Positions 39,113 through 49,082 of a stretch of 64,000 bases of DNA are shown here, in pieces (positions within the stretch are counted from its first letter, which is position 1; each line of letters begins with the position of its first letter). Both the position numbers and the translations under genes were made by a program. The notes beneath the pieces are model-generated. The model was not told the DNA's origin. It made no database searches and saw nothing but the letters and a program-made list of their open reading frames with translations. Source of the stretch: Tepidisphaera sp. (GTDB lineage Bacteria > Planctomycetota > Phycisphaerae > Phycisphaerales > UBA1924); assembly GCA_050916045.1 (NCBI GenBank), contig CP051526.1:3904001-3968000 (forward strand). Reading direction: 5' to 3'.

Positions 39113-40884
39113 CGGGGCGCGGGCTCGGCGGGTGCCGGTAGCGGTTCTGGGCCTTGGCCGCGGACGGCCGGGGGGAGTTCCTCGACGGGCGTTGCTTGCT
39201 TGGGATCAGGCGAAGGAGCGGGCTCGAAGGAGACCTTGGAAGCTCCGAGCAGGGTACCGGTGGCAAACGCGAGGTCAACCTGAGCGATCTGGTAGTCGGT
39301 GATCGCGCGGATCTCGGCGAGCTGGGCTTCGGCGAGGCGTGTGGACGCGTCGAGGACGTCGGTGCTGGTCGATCGGGAAACGTCGAACTGCCGCTGCTCG
39401 GCTTTGAGCGTGCGTGTGTTGAGCACGACGGCCTGGCGGCTGGCGAGGATGCGCTGCCAAGCGGCGTCGAGCTGGTCGATCGCGGCGAGGACCTCCTGCG
39501 TGATGGCGAGACGGCGGGCTTCCTTGGTCGCGAGTCGCTGGAGGCGCGAGAGGATGGCCTGCCGGACGCGGGCACGGGCTTCCTCGTTGTCGAAGGGGAT
39601 CTCGGCGGTGAGGCCGATGGTCCAGTCCTGGAATTCGGCGTCGTTGAGCTGGCGGTACGCGTCCTGGGATGAGGCTCCAAGGCCGTTGAGCCGGTACGAG
39701 TAGTCGAGCGAGAGGAGTGGCAGGGCGCGGTTCTTCTGAACGCCGATGGTCGCGGCGTCGGCGGCGATCTGAAGCTCGAGCTCGAGCATTTCCATCCGGT
39801 TCTCGAGGGCTTTGGCGACGAGCGCGGGCGGGTCGAAAGCGAACTCGGCGGGGTCGGGGGGCGTGGCGGGGACGATGAGGGTCCGTGTCTCGACGGGCAG
39901 GCCGGGCTCGTTGATGATGGCTTTGAGCTCGCGCTGCTGCGTGAGGACCTCGTTCTGGGCGATGATGATGGCTTCGAGCTGTTCGGCGACGCCGGCTTCG
40001 GCGCGGACGGTCTCGATCTCGGCGGCGGCACCGCCACGGACGCGTCGGGTGGCGCGGCCGAGCTGTTCGGAAGCGAGCTCGTACTGCTGCTGGCGGACCT
40101 CGAGCTGCTTGCGGGCGGAGTAAAGGCGCCAGTAGGATCGGTCGACGGCGGCGAGCTGACGGATGACCTCGAGCTTGGTGCGGGCTTCGGAAGCTTGCTG
40201 GTTGTACGAAGCGATGCGGATCGCGGCGGTGTTGGCTCGACGGCCGGCGTCGCGGAGGAGAGGCTGGCTGACCGAGAACGCGAAATCGGAGGAGTACGCG
40301 GGGTTGAGGGTCGAGAACTGGTTGTTGTCGCCGGACTTGTTCCACGGCGCGTTGACGACGACGGTGCCGCCCGTTCGGAGCGGGATGCGGACGCCGGGAT
40401 CGAAGCGGAGCTGCTGGGACTGAGCCGAGACAAGCTGGGATGAGGTCGGCTGGTTGAAGTCGGCGTAGCTGCCCGAGAGGGTGAAGACGGAGTTGAACCG
40501 CGACTCCTCTTCGGAGAGACGCTCAAGGCCGAGTGCGGGATCAAACTTGGCGACCTGGAGGTCGAGGTTGTGAGCGAGGGCGCTCATGCGGGCTCGTTCG
40601 AGATCGAGGTTGACGGCTTCGGCGCCCTCGAATCGCTGCTTGATCGCGGCGAGGGTCGCGTCGCTCGCGGCCTGGGGCGATTCGGCGGCGGGAGCGGGTT
40701 CGGACTTGGGCCGGAGGTAAGGGGCGAGGCTGACGCGGTCGACGTCGCGAAGGCGGTCGATCGCGGCTTTCTGGAACGACTGGTCGTCGTCGAAGAGACC
40801 CTGATTGCACCCGGCGAGGAGCGCGAGCGCGGGGGCGAGGACGAGGCACGCGGAGCGGGTTCGCAAGAGGTTCACCGTTGGCAT
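39109..40884 (-). CDS. TolC-family outer-membrane efflux lipoprotein
   Basis: LAGC lipobox, SVSQPLLR, two OEP repeats, TDVLDASTRLAEA. Confidence 0.9.
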   Translation of the reverse strand: MPTVNLLRTRSACLVLAPALALLAGCNQGLFDDDQSFQKAAIDRLRDVDRVSLAPYLRPKSEPAPAAESPQAASDATLAAIKQRFEGAEAVNLDLERARMSALAHNLDLQVAKFDPALGLERLSEEESRFNSVFTLSGSYADFNQPTSSQLVSAQSQQLRFDPGVRIPLRTGGTVVVNAPWNKSGDNNQFSTLNPAYSSDFAFSVSQPLLRDAGRRANTAAIRIASYNQQASEARTKLEVIRQLAAVDRSYWRLYSARKQLEVRQQQYELASEQLGRATRRVRGGAAAEIETVRAEAGVAEQLEAIIIAQNEVLTQQRELKAIINEPGLPVETRTLIVPATPPDPAEFAFDPPALVAKALENRMEMLELELQIAADAATIGVQKNRALPLLSLDYSYRLNGLGASSQDAYRQLNDAEFQDWTIGLTAEIPFDNEEARARVRQAILSRLQRLATKEARRLAITQEVLAAIDQLDAAWQRILASRQAVVLNTRTLKAEQRQFDVSRSTSTDVLDASTRLAEAQLAEIRAITDYQIAQVDLAFATGTLLGASKVSFEPAPSPDPKQATPVEELPPAVRGQGPEPLPAPAEPAPR

Positions 40885-40903
40885 GGGGGAAAGCTCGGAC
40901 GGG

Positions 40904-42151
40904 TCAGTCGTGGCGGAGGGCGTCGATGGGGTTGAGGCGGGCGGCTTTGATCGCGGGGAACATGCCGAAGACGACGCCGATGAACGCGGAGAAGCCGACG
41001 GACAGGATGATGGCCCACATGGGGATCGAAGCCATCTTGAGCGCTTCGATCGAGGTCATGTTCATACCAAGGACGATCAGTTGTCCGAGCAGCAGGCCGA
41101 GGCCGCCGCCGCAGAGGCAGAGGGTGACGGCTTCGATGAGGAACTGGAGCAGCACGACCTCGGGCCGCGCGCCGAGGGCTTTGCGGAGGCCGATCTCGCG
41201 GGTGCGTTCGGAGACGGAGACGAGCATGATGTTCATGATGCCGATGCCGCCGACGAGGAGGGAGATGCTGACGATGATGGCGGCGCCGGCGGTGATGGTG
41301 TAGGCGAGACGGTTGAACTGATCGATGAACGACTGAAGCACGTTGACCTGGAAGTTGTCCTCCTGGCCTGGCTCGAGTTCGCGGAGCTTTCGCAGCATGA
41401 ACCCGATCTCGGCTTTGGCTTCGTCGGCCATGTCGGGGGTCGCGAGTTCGCCAAGCAGGAAATTGACGTGCTTGCGCTCGGGGTTGAAAGCCATGGCGAC
41501 CGAAAGCGGGATGTAGACCTCGCCCTGGCTTTCGCCACCGCCGCCGAACATGGCGCTCTGGTCCTTGGTTTCGACCACGCCGACGATGTTGAAACGACGC
41601 CCGTTGATGCGGATGGGCGTGTTGGCGGGTTCCTTGTTGAGTCCGAGGAGCTCGATCAGCTTGTCGTTGACGAGACAGACGGCGAGCCTCTGGTCTTCGT
41701 CGATGGAGTTGAAGGGGCGGCCCGAGGTGACGGTGCGGGCTTCGATGTCGTGCCAGGTCGGCCAGATGCCGGTGGTCTGGACGAGGCTGACCTTCTGGTC
41801 GCCGTACTCGATGTCGAAGGAGCCGAAGTAGAGCGGGGTGAACTTCGAGCAGGTCTTCGAGTTCTTGACGATGTGGTTGACCTCTCGCATGTTGAGTTCG
41901 GACTTCCACCACGGGATTCGCCCGCGCTTGGCGCGAGGGACGAACCCGTCGATGTAGACCTTCTTGGCTCCGAAGGTCTCGAACTCCTTGAGGATGGAGG
42001 ATCGCAGGCCCCCCACCGCCGCGACGATGACGATCACGGCGGCGACGCCGATGATGATGCCAAGGGTGGTCAGCATCGCGCGGACCTTGTTGGCCCAGAT
42101 CTGGCGGAGCGCGGTCATGACCGTCTGGACAAAGAGAAGGATCAGCGTCAT
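40904..42151 (-). CDS. MacB/FtsX-family ABC transporter permease
   Basis: [59 protein letters not shown]. Confidence 0.95.
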   Translation of the reverse strand: MTLILLFVQTVMTALRQIWANKVRAMLTTLGIIIGVAAVIVIVAAVGGLRSSILKEFETFGAKKVYIDGFVPRAKRGRIPWWKSELNMREVNHIVKNSKTCSKFTPLYFGSFDIEYGDQKVSLVQTTGIWPTWHDIEARTVTSGRPFNSIDEDQRLAVCLVNDKLIELLGLNKEPANTPIRINGRRFNIVGVVETKDQSAMFGGGGESQGEVYIPLSVAMAFNPERKHVNFLLGELATPDMADEAKAEIGFMLRKLRELEPGQEDNFQVNVLQSFIDQFNRLAYTITAGAAIIVSISLLVGGIGIMNIMLVSVSERTREIGLRKALGARPEVVLLQFLIEAVTLCLCGGGLGLLLGQLIVLGMNMTSIEALKMASIPMWAIILSVGFSAFIGVVFGMFPAIKAARLNPIDALRHD

Positions 42152-42951
42152 CGGTTCGCCTCCGCGGGCTGGGGCGAGGACGCGAGCGTCTCGGCCATGT
42201 GCACGGCGTGGTCGGCGGCCGCTTTCAAGTACGCCTGGTGCGTCGGATCAGTATCGGTGGGGAAGTCGGAAACGATCTTGCCGTCGCGAAGTCGGACGAT
42301 CCGGGCGGCGTTGCCGGCGATGTCCTCTTCGTGGGTGACGATCACGATGGTCTGGCCTTCCGCGTGGAGCTGCTTGAAGAGCTTCATCACTTCGTCGCTG
42401 GTCTTGCTGTCAAGGTTGCCGGTGGGCTCGTCGGCGAGGAGGATCGCGGGGTTGGTGACCAGGGCCCTGGCGATCGCGACGCGCTGCCGCTGACCGCCCG
42501 AGAGCTGGTTGGGCCGGTGCTTCATGCGGTCGGCGAGCTTGACGCGTTCGAGGGACTTCTTCGCCATGGCGCGCGCGCCCCACCAGTACCTCGCGGAGTA
42601 GAGCAGGGGGAGCATCACGTTGCCGAGCGCGGTCATGCGGGGGAGCAGTTCAAAGCTCTGGAAGACGAACCCGATCTCCTCGTTGCGGACCTTGGAAAGA
42701 GCGCCGCTGGACATGCGGTGGGTCGGCTTGCCCGCGAGCTCGTAACTCCCCGCGGTGGGCCGGTCCAGGCAGCCGAGGATGTTCATCAGCGTGGACTTTC
42801 CCGAGCCGGAGGCGCCCATGATCGCGACGAACTCGTTGCGCTGGATGTCTAGATCGACGCCGGCGAGCGCGTGGACCTTCTCGCCACCGATGCGGTAGAC
42901 CTTGGTGAGGCCGCGGATGCGGATTGCCGGTGACGTCGTCGGCGCGCTCAT
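42148..42951 (-). CDS. MacB/LolD-type ABC transporter ATP-binding protein
   Basis: [39 protein letters not shown]. Confidence 0.95.
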   Translation of the reverse strand: MSAPTTSPAIRIRGLTKVYRIGGEKVHALAGVDLDIQRNEFVAIMGASGSGKSTLMNILGCLDRPTAGSYELAGKPTHRMSSGALSKVRNEEIGFVFQSFELLPRMTALGNVMLPLLYSARYWWGARAMAKKSLERVKLADRMKHRPNQLSGGQRQRVAIARALVTNPAILLADEPTGNLDSKTSDEVMKLFKQLHAEGQTIVIVTHEEDIAGNAARIVRLRDGKIVSDFPTDTDPTHQAYLKAAADHAVHMAETLASSPQPAEANR

Positions 42952-44345
42952 GGCGGGCCCCCGCTGGGCGTCCTGGCGTCGGCTCCCCCCCGTTCCTCAC
43001 CGGGCTTTTCCTCCGGCTTGGCGGGCGGCTTGCCACCGGTCTCTCCGACGGGCTCGTCGATCTTCTCGCGGACGGCCTGATCAGCTTTGAGTCCGATGAG
43101 GGAGCGGTAAGGACCGACGATGATGGTCTCATCACCGGTGAGGCCGGCGAGCACGACGGTGTCGGTGAGGTCGCTGGAGCCGACGGTGACGGGCAGCGGG
43201 ACTGCTTTGCCATCCTTGACGACGAACACGACGCGGGCGAACTTCTTGTTCTTGTCGACGATCGGGTTGTTTCTGATCGAAGCGGGCAGGTCCTCGACGG
43301 CGCGATCAAGGATCGCCTGGGTGGGCACCTTGATCACATCGCGGAGGGTTTCGACCTCGATGTCGACGTTGGAGAGCATGCCGCGCAGGCCGTTGTCCTT
43401 GGGCAGTTCAACGCGGATCTCCGTCTCGAAGTACGTGGTGCCGTCCTTGTCGAGCTGCTTGGTCGGGCGGACACGCTCGACCTCGCCCACGAACTCCTTG
43501 CCGGGGTAGGCGTTGATGAAGACGCGGCAGCGCTGACCGCCCGTGACGGGGGCAATGTTCGCTTCATCGACCTTGGCCTTCATCAGCATGTCGGAAAGGT
43601 CCGCGAGCTGCATGATGACCGATCCGGGATTGTTGAGGGTGCCGACGACGACAAGCTCGCCCACCTCGGCGTCCAGGTGCGTCACGATGCCGTCGATGGA
43701 AGCCTGAATCGTCGTGTTGCCGAGGTCCTTTTCGGCCCGCTTGATGTTGGCTTTGGCGATATCGATCTGGTTGAGGGTCTGCTCGTACGAGCTCTTGGCC
43801 TGCTCGTAGTTGGTCTTCATCGCTTCGAACTCGGAGAGCGACACGTCGTTGGTGTCCAGAAGCTCCTTCATCCGTCGCATCTCGCGCTCGGTGTTCTCCA
43901 TCGCGGCGCGGACGCCGACGAGTCGGGCTTGCTCGCTGGCGAGCTGGGCTTTGGAGGAATCGAGCGCGGCGACGAGGTCGTCGGCGTCGAGCCGGACGAG
44001 CACATCGCCCTTCTTGACGCGCTGTCCCTCGCGAGACAGCAGAGCGACGATCCGGGCGGAGACCTGCGCGGAGATGTCGACCTTGGTGCGCGGGTCGATC
44101 GAGCCGGGCGCGGAGATGGTGCGGATGAGGTCGCCGCGGCGCGGCTTCTCAAGCCGGACTTCGAGCGGCTTCATGCCGGGGTTGAACTGCTCCTGGAGGT
44201 CCTTGAGCTTGCCGCTCTTGGCGGCCCAGATCCCCCCGCCCACACACCCGCCCAAGATGACGAAGACGACAATGAGGGCGGTGATCCATTTCCACACGAG
44301 CGGGTTCTCCAGCGATCGTCCCGAAGTTCGGGCGTCCGGGGGCAT
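42948..44345 (-). CDS. MacA-like periplasmic adaptor (membrane fusion protein)
   Basis: N-terminal [21 protein letters not shown], coiled coil, IQASIDG, VDEANI. Confidence 0.92.
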   Translation of the reverse strand: MPPDARTSGRSLENPLVWKWITALIVVFVILGGCVGGGIWAAKSGKLKDLQEQFNPGMKPLEVRLEKPRRGDLIRTISAPGSIDPRTKVDISAQVSARIVALLSREGQRVKKGDVLVRLDADDLVAALDSSKAQLASEQARLVGVRAAMENTEREMRRMKELLDTNDVSLSEFEAMKTNYEQAKSSYEQTLNQIDIAKANIKRAEKDLGNTTIQASIDGIVTHLDAEVGELVVVGTLNNPGSVIMQLADLSDMLMKAKVDEANIAPVTGGQRCRVFINAYPGKEFVGEVERVRPTKQLDKDGTTYFETEIRVELPKDNGLRGMLSNVDIEVETLRDVIKVPTQAILDRAVEDLPASIRNNPIVDKNKKFARVVFVVKDGKAVPLPVTVGSSDLTDTVVLAGLTGDETIIVGPYRSLIGLKADQAVREKIDEPVGETGGKPPAKPEEKPGEERGGADARTPSGGPP

Positions 44346-44451
44346 TGTTGGGGGCACGCGCGGCCGGATTTCGAAGCCGAACTCCGCCGACCACGCTCCA
44401 CGCTGAATTCAAGCGTACACCGTCCCGTTCCCAAAGGTTGCAACAGCCGGA

Positions 44452-45942
44452 TCACGCGATTTCGAGATACCCCTCGCGCATCAACCGCGCAAGAACCGGC
44501 ACCACCGATCGCTCGGCCTGTTCGGGTGTTGTGCCCCACCCCGCGGCCGCCTCGCGGGCAAGTTCGCCGGCTGTCCGAGTTCCGTCGTGCCGGGCCAGGA
44601 ACGACGCCACCTGCGGAGCCACCGCGGACTGAAGCGAGAGGCCATCATTCGCCGTGATGCGTGAGGAAGCCGGCACCCAGGCTCCCCGTTCGGGCTTCAA
44701 CGTCTGTTCAAGCCGCACCGCGCTTGCGAGCTTGAGTTTGAGTCTCAACACCGCGGCGTCGCCGTTCTCGCCGCGAAGGGCGGTCTCGGCGGCGAAGACC
44801 CGGAGGATCTGGTCCGAAGCGCTGTCCATCTCGTCCTGAGGCTTGGGAATGTCCAGGCGGAACCAGTTCGCGGGACCGGAAGCTCGCTTGCGGATGACCA
44901 TCGCGGCCAGGCTCATGGCTTCGGCACCGATGGACTGGTAATAGGCGACCCACTCGCGCATCTTGACCGGGTCGGGCTCGCCGACGCCGCCCTGACCGGT
45001 CAGGATCCAAGCTCGCGCGTACTCCTCGGGGCTGTCGGTGCGAAGTCGAACAAGCCAGACGTCGCAACCTTTCCCGGACACCCACTCCTGCGGCCTTTGC
45101 GCCCAGGTGCCGTCGTCCTTGTGGTGCCAGTTGAAGAGAATGGTCGCCCAACCGCCTTCGTCCAGAATGTCGGCGAAACGTCGCACCAGCCGCTCGGAAA
45201 CCTGATCGCCCGGGAGCCCGCTGTCGCGGAAAATCAGCTCACTGCCGGGCGAGATCACAAACGGCGGGTTTGACGCGATGCTGTCGAACCGCAGCCCCTC
45301 GATGGGTTCGAACAGGCTCCCGCGGCGGAGTTCGACGTTGGTGATCCCGTTAATCGCCATCGTCATTTCGGCGAAATTGAGACACCGATCATTGATGTCC
45401 GTCGCGATCACCCGCTCGCAATGGTCGGAAAGCCGCATGGCCTGGTAACCCGAGCCGCAGCCCATATCCAGCCCGAGCTTTGCCGGCGTGCGGACCGTGA
45501 AATTCGCGACCAGCGCCGTCGAGAGACTGACGGACGGCACGTGATCCACACGCATCTCGCCGCCGACCTCGCGGGGGTCATAGTCGCGGAGTGTCCACCT
45601 GTTCTGCACGGGAAGCAGGCACGCCGTCGCTCGCAGAAGGTCGCCTTGGCGAGCAAGGAGTCCGCACGCGACGAAGCGGTCGACCGTCCCGCCCAGCGCG
45701 GCCCTGAGCCTCGCTTCCGGGATCGGTTCGGTGGTCAGCCAGAGCCTGATCATCACCGACAGGTCCCCGTGGGCCTCGCCGCCGTCCCGGGCGATCGCCC
45801 GGTTCATCGGCACCACATCGCGGCCGACGAGCCCGAGACGGACGAGCGCCTCGCGGTTGTAGCCGGTCGAGTTCAGCGCGTCGATCACGGCGCGATGATC
45901 ACCCAGAGCTTCGGGATTGAACGGGCCCGGGAATGTCGGCAT
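44452..45942 (-). CDS. Class I SAM-dependent methyltransferase with C-terminal winged-helix (PqqD/RRE-like) domain
   Basis: LDMGCGSGYQ, TDIN, SNPPF; C-terminal DGTRTAGEL...LARLMREGYL. Confidence 0.82.
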   Translation of the reverse strand: MPTFPGPFNPEALGDHRAVIDALNSTGYNREALVRLGLVGRDVVPMNRAIARDGGEAHGDLSVMIRLWLTTEPIPEARLRAALGGTVDRFVACGLLARQGDLLRATACLLPVQNRWTLRDYDPREVGGEMRVDHVPSVSLSTALVANFTVRTPAKLGLDMGCGSGYQAMRLSDHCERVIATDINDRCLNFAEMTMAINGITNVELRRGSLFEPIEGLRFDSIASNPPFVISPGSELIFRDSGLPGDQVSERLVRRFADILDEGGWATILFNWHHKDDGTWAQRPQEWVSGKGCDVWLVRLRTDSPEEYARAWILTGQGGVGEPDPVKMREWVAYYQSIGAEAMSLAAMVIRKRASGPANWFRLDIPKPQDEMDSASDQILRVFAAETALRGENGDAAVLRLKLKLASAVRLEQTLKPERGAWVPASSRITANDGLSLQSAVAPQVASFLARHDGTRTAGELAREAAAGWGTTPEQAERSVVPVLARLMREGYLEIA

Positions 45943-45982
45943 GTTCGAGATCCTCCTCGCAACGCGTGTCGCGAGAAGCACT

Positions 45983-47758
45983 CTACGAGGCCGTCCGGCA
46001 CCAAGCGGTCCACGCGGCACGGATCACTCGCTCCATCCGCTCACCCATCGCCGGGCCGTCGCCCAGGGGCGACTTTGCGAAATCGGCGCGGAGCGTGCGG
46101 CGAAGGCGAGTCAGGCGCTCGCGGTCGCGGATGAGCGTGGAAGCGATCCTGACGTATTCGTCGGTTGACCGTGCGATGCAATCCGGAAGGCCGACGCACG
46201 AGAGAATCGAAGCGCCGACACGCCCGGCGTGGGCGGAGCCGCAAAGCGTCACCACCGGCACGCCCATCGTGAGAGCTTCGCAGGTCGTGGTCGTTCCGAC
46301 GTACGGGAACGGATCGATCGCGACGTCGACCCGTCGGTACAGAGCCAGGTGCTCCTCCTGCGACGGGATGTGAGCGAGCAACTCGATCCGGGCGGGATCG
46401 ACGTTCCGAGCGGAGAATGCGGCGAGGATCCGCTGGCGGACGGACGCGCCGCCGAGCGAGCGGGCTTTGAGGATCAGCTTTGCTTCCGGGACTGCCAAGA
46501 GCAGCTTGGCCCACGCATCGGCGACGGCGTCGTTGAACTTGGAGATGACGTTGAAGGAGGCGAAGGTGAGCGGGCCGGGCTCGCGTGGCGGTGCTTCGTC
46601 GGACCAGGGTTCGCCGCGAATCTGGGAAGCGGACCGGTAGCAGAGAAAGATCGGATCGATGCGGTAGCTTGTCTCGCCGGGCACGAGCGGGGGCTCACTC
46701 ACCGGATCGGAGATCGAATCGACGAGGCGTCCGTTGATGGCGGGGATACCCGTGGTGTTCGGATAGCCGAGGTAAGAAAACTGGACCGGTGCGGGCCTGA
46801 GCGTCATCGCTCCCAGGCTGTTGCCCTGCGTGAGTCCCGAAAGCTCGATCGCGACGTCGATGCGTGCTTCGCGGATGCGGAGACCGACCTCGCGGTCGGT
46901 GTCGAGGTTGAGATCGATCCACTCGTCGCAAAGCGACTTGAGAACGGGCGTCATCCAGTCGGCTTTGAAAACACGGGAGAGCCCAACGACCTGGACGCGG
47001 TCGCGGGGGAGATGCCGCAGGACGGGCTCGATGAAGTACGCGACGGAGTGCTGCTTGAAATCGGCCGAGATGAACCCGACGCGGAGCTTGCGGCCGGGGT
47101 CCCTGGAGTTCGGAGGCGGCGGGAGGGGCGGCACGGCCTGGGTCATGAGTTCGCCGAATCGTGCGTGGACCGCCGCGACCTCTTCGCGCCGGACGCCGTG
47201 GGTGTAGTTCAGCAGATTGGCGAGACATGCGATGACGAACGGGTGATACGCGTGCTGGTCCGCGCATGCTTCGGCGATGCGTCGAGCTTCGGCGGCGCGT
47301 GCGGTTTCGACGAGGATGTTCGCGAGGTTGACAGGGGCTTCGACCAGTTCCGGACGCAGGGCCCATGCTTCGCGAAGAAGTCGCTCGGCGTCCTCGTAGT
47401 CGAACGCCATGAGACGGATGTTTGCGAGATTCTGCCGGGAGGAATAGAGCTTGGGGTCAAGGGCGATGGCTTTGACGAAGCACTTCTCGGCTTGCGGAAA
47501 CTTGGCGAGGTGGGCGTAGACCTCGCCGAGCAGGCCGTGGTAGAGCCCTCGCGACGGGAGCAGGGTCACCGCACGCTCGGCGAAGAACTCGGCTTCGGCG
47601 GGCCTCCCCGCTTGGAGGAGCACCCCCGCCGAGTTGTAGTTGAGCTCGGGATCCTGGGGCGACCGGCGCAGCGCGAAGCGGAGCGTTTCGATGGCTTTGG
47701 CGGCCGCGCCCTCGGAGAGGAGCTTGCGCGCCGCGGCGATAGCGGGATGATCGGCCAT
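45983..47758 (-). CDS. TPR-containing GT41 (SPINDLY/OGT-like) protein O-glycosyltransferase
   Basis: N-terminal TPRs, LRVGFISADFKQHSV, APVQFSYLGYPNTTG, DPFPYVGTTTTCEALTMGVPVVT. Confidence 0.92.
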   Translation of the reverse strand: MADHPAIAAARKLLSEGAAAKAIETLRFALRRSPQDPELNYNSAGVLLQAGRPAEAEFFAERAVTLLPSRGLYHGLLGEVYAHLAKFPQAEKCFVKAIALDPKLYSSRQNLANIRLMAFDYEDAERLLREAWALRPELVEAPVNLANILVETARAAEARRIAEACADQHAYHPFVIACLANLLNYTHGVRREEVAAVHARFGELMTQAVPPLPPPPNSRDPGRKLRVGFISADFKQHSVAYFIEPVLRHLPRDRVQVVGLSRVFKADWMTPVLKSLCDEWIDLNLDTDREVGLRIREARIDVAIELSGLTQGNSLGAMTLRPAPVQFSYLGYPNTTGIPAINGRLVDSISDPVSEPPLVPGETSYRIDPIFLCYRSASQIRGEPWSDEAPPREPGPLTFASFNVISKFNDAVADAWAKLLLAVPEAKLILKARSLGGASVRQRILAAFSARNVDPARIELLAHIPSQEEHLALYRRVDVAIDPFPYVGTTTTCEALTMGVPVVTLCGSAHAGRVGASILSCVGLPDCIARSTDEYVRIASTLIRDRERLTRLRRTLRADFAKSPLGDGPAMGERMERVIRAAWTAWCRTAS

Positions 47759-47759
47759 A

Positions 47760-48992
47760 TCAGCGTGACTCCAGCCGCGAAGCCGCGGGTGATCTGTTCA
47801 AGGAATGCCGGACGGACTTCCTGGCTTCGGTTTCGGCGCGGCGCACGTCGTCGAGGGATCCAAGCGGGCTGACCCCGACCTCGGCCATCGCTCGAGAGAC
47901 GAACTCAGGGATCTCTCCGAAGCAGCAGTTGCCCGCGAGGTACGCGCCGACGGCCTCCTCGTTGGCGGCGTTCAGGATCGCGCCGGCGGTGCCGCCGAGG
48001 CGGAGCGTCTCCTGAGCGAGGCCGAACGCCGGATAGCGGCGAGGATCCACGGGTTCGAACGTAAGCGAGCCCATCGAGAGCAGGTCCAGCTTGCGCCCCA
48101 CGCCGGTCGAACGGTCGGGCCACGACAAAGCGACCTGGATCGGCACCCGCATATCCGCCGCGCCCATCTGGGCAACCACGCTTCCGTCGTCGTGCTCGAC
48201 CCACGCGTGCACGACAGACTGCGGATGGACCACGGCGCCGAGGCGATCGGCGGGCAGGCCGAAAAGCCAGCTCGCCTCGATAATCTCCAGGGCTTTGTTC
48301 ATCAGCGAAGCCGAATCGATGGTCACCTTGGGACCCATGCGCCACGTGGGGTGCCGCAGCGCCTCCGCGACCGGCATCGTGCGAAGCGATTCGATGGGCT
48401 TCTCGCGGAACGGTCCGCCGGAAGCGGTCAGCACCAATCGGCGAACACTGGCGGGCGCGTCAAACGGCGGACACCGTTCCAGACCGATCGCTTGCCAGGC
48501 TCCCGAATGCTCACTGTCGACCGGAAGCAGCCTGGACCCCGACCGCCGCGCGGCCGAGACCGCGAGCTCTCCCGCCGCGACGAGCGTTTCCTTGTTCGCA
48601 AGCGCGATATCGCGCCCGGCTTCGATCGCGGCAAGCGTCGGAGCCAAACCCGCCGATCCGACGATCGCCGCGACGACCAAATCGCACGGCGTCTCGCGGA
48701 TCAGCCGTTCCGCGGCGTCGGGGCCGCGGAGCATCCCCGAGGGACCCGCGCCCGAAGCCACCGCAACCGCGCCGACGCCGAACTGCGACGCTTGCGACGC
48801 GACGAGGTCCGCGTTGGCGCCGGCAGCCAGGCCGACGATGCGGTACGAGCGCGGATGCTTCCCACAACCGTGAAGCTGGTTGAGGTGGGCGATGGTCTCA
48901 AGCGTCTGGGTCCCGATCGAGCCGGTAGACCCGAGCACGATGACGCGCACGGGTTCTCGGGCTTCATCGCGTTGTCGCGTCGTGTCGGGCAT
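47760..48992 (-). CDS. dxr: 1-deoxy-D-xylulose-5-phosphate reductoisomerase
   Basis: LGSTGSIGTQT, LANKETLV, PVDSEHS, LTASGGPF, HPTWRMGPKVTIDSA, NAANEEAV. Confidence 0.97.
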   Translation of the reverse strand: MPDTTRQRDEAREPVRVIVLGSTGSIGTQTLETIAHLNQLHGCGKHPRSYRIVGLAAGANADLVASQASQFGVGAVAVASGAGPSGMLRGPDAAERLIRETPCDLVVAAIVGSAGLAPTLAAIEAGRDIALANKETLVAAGELAVSAARRSGSRLLPVDSEHSGAWQAIGLERCPPFDAPASVRRLVLTASGGPFREKPIESLRTMPVAEALRHPTWRMGPKVTIDSASLMNKALEIIEASWLFGLPADRLGAVVHPQSVVHAWVEHDDGSVVAQMGAADMRVPIQVALSWPDRSTGVGRKLDLLSMGSLTFEPVDPRRYPAFGLAQETLRLGGTAGAILNAANEEAVGAYLAGNCCFGEIPEFVSRAMAEVGVSPLGSLDDVRRAETEARKSVRHSLNRSPAASRLESR

Positions 48993-49082
48993 GAAGGACC
49001 ATCGGGAAAGCGAGCGGGACAGGAACGGGCCCGTCGCGGCGGAAACACGGGTCCGCGCTGTCGCACGGGCCCGAGTCGTAGA

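Noticed and set aside
44452..45942. DNA methyltransferase of a restriction-modification or defence system
   Set aside because: NPPF also occurs in protein and RNA N-methyltransferases; no nuclease or specificity gene is nearby
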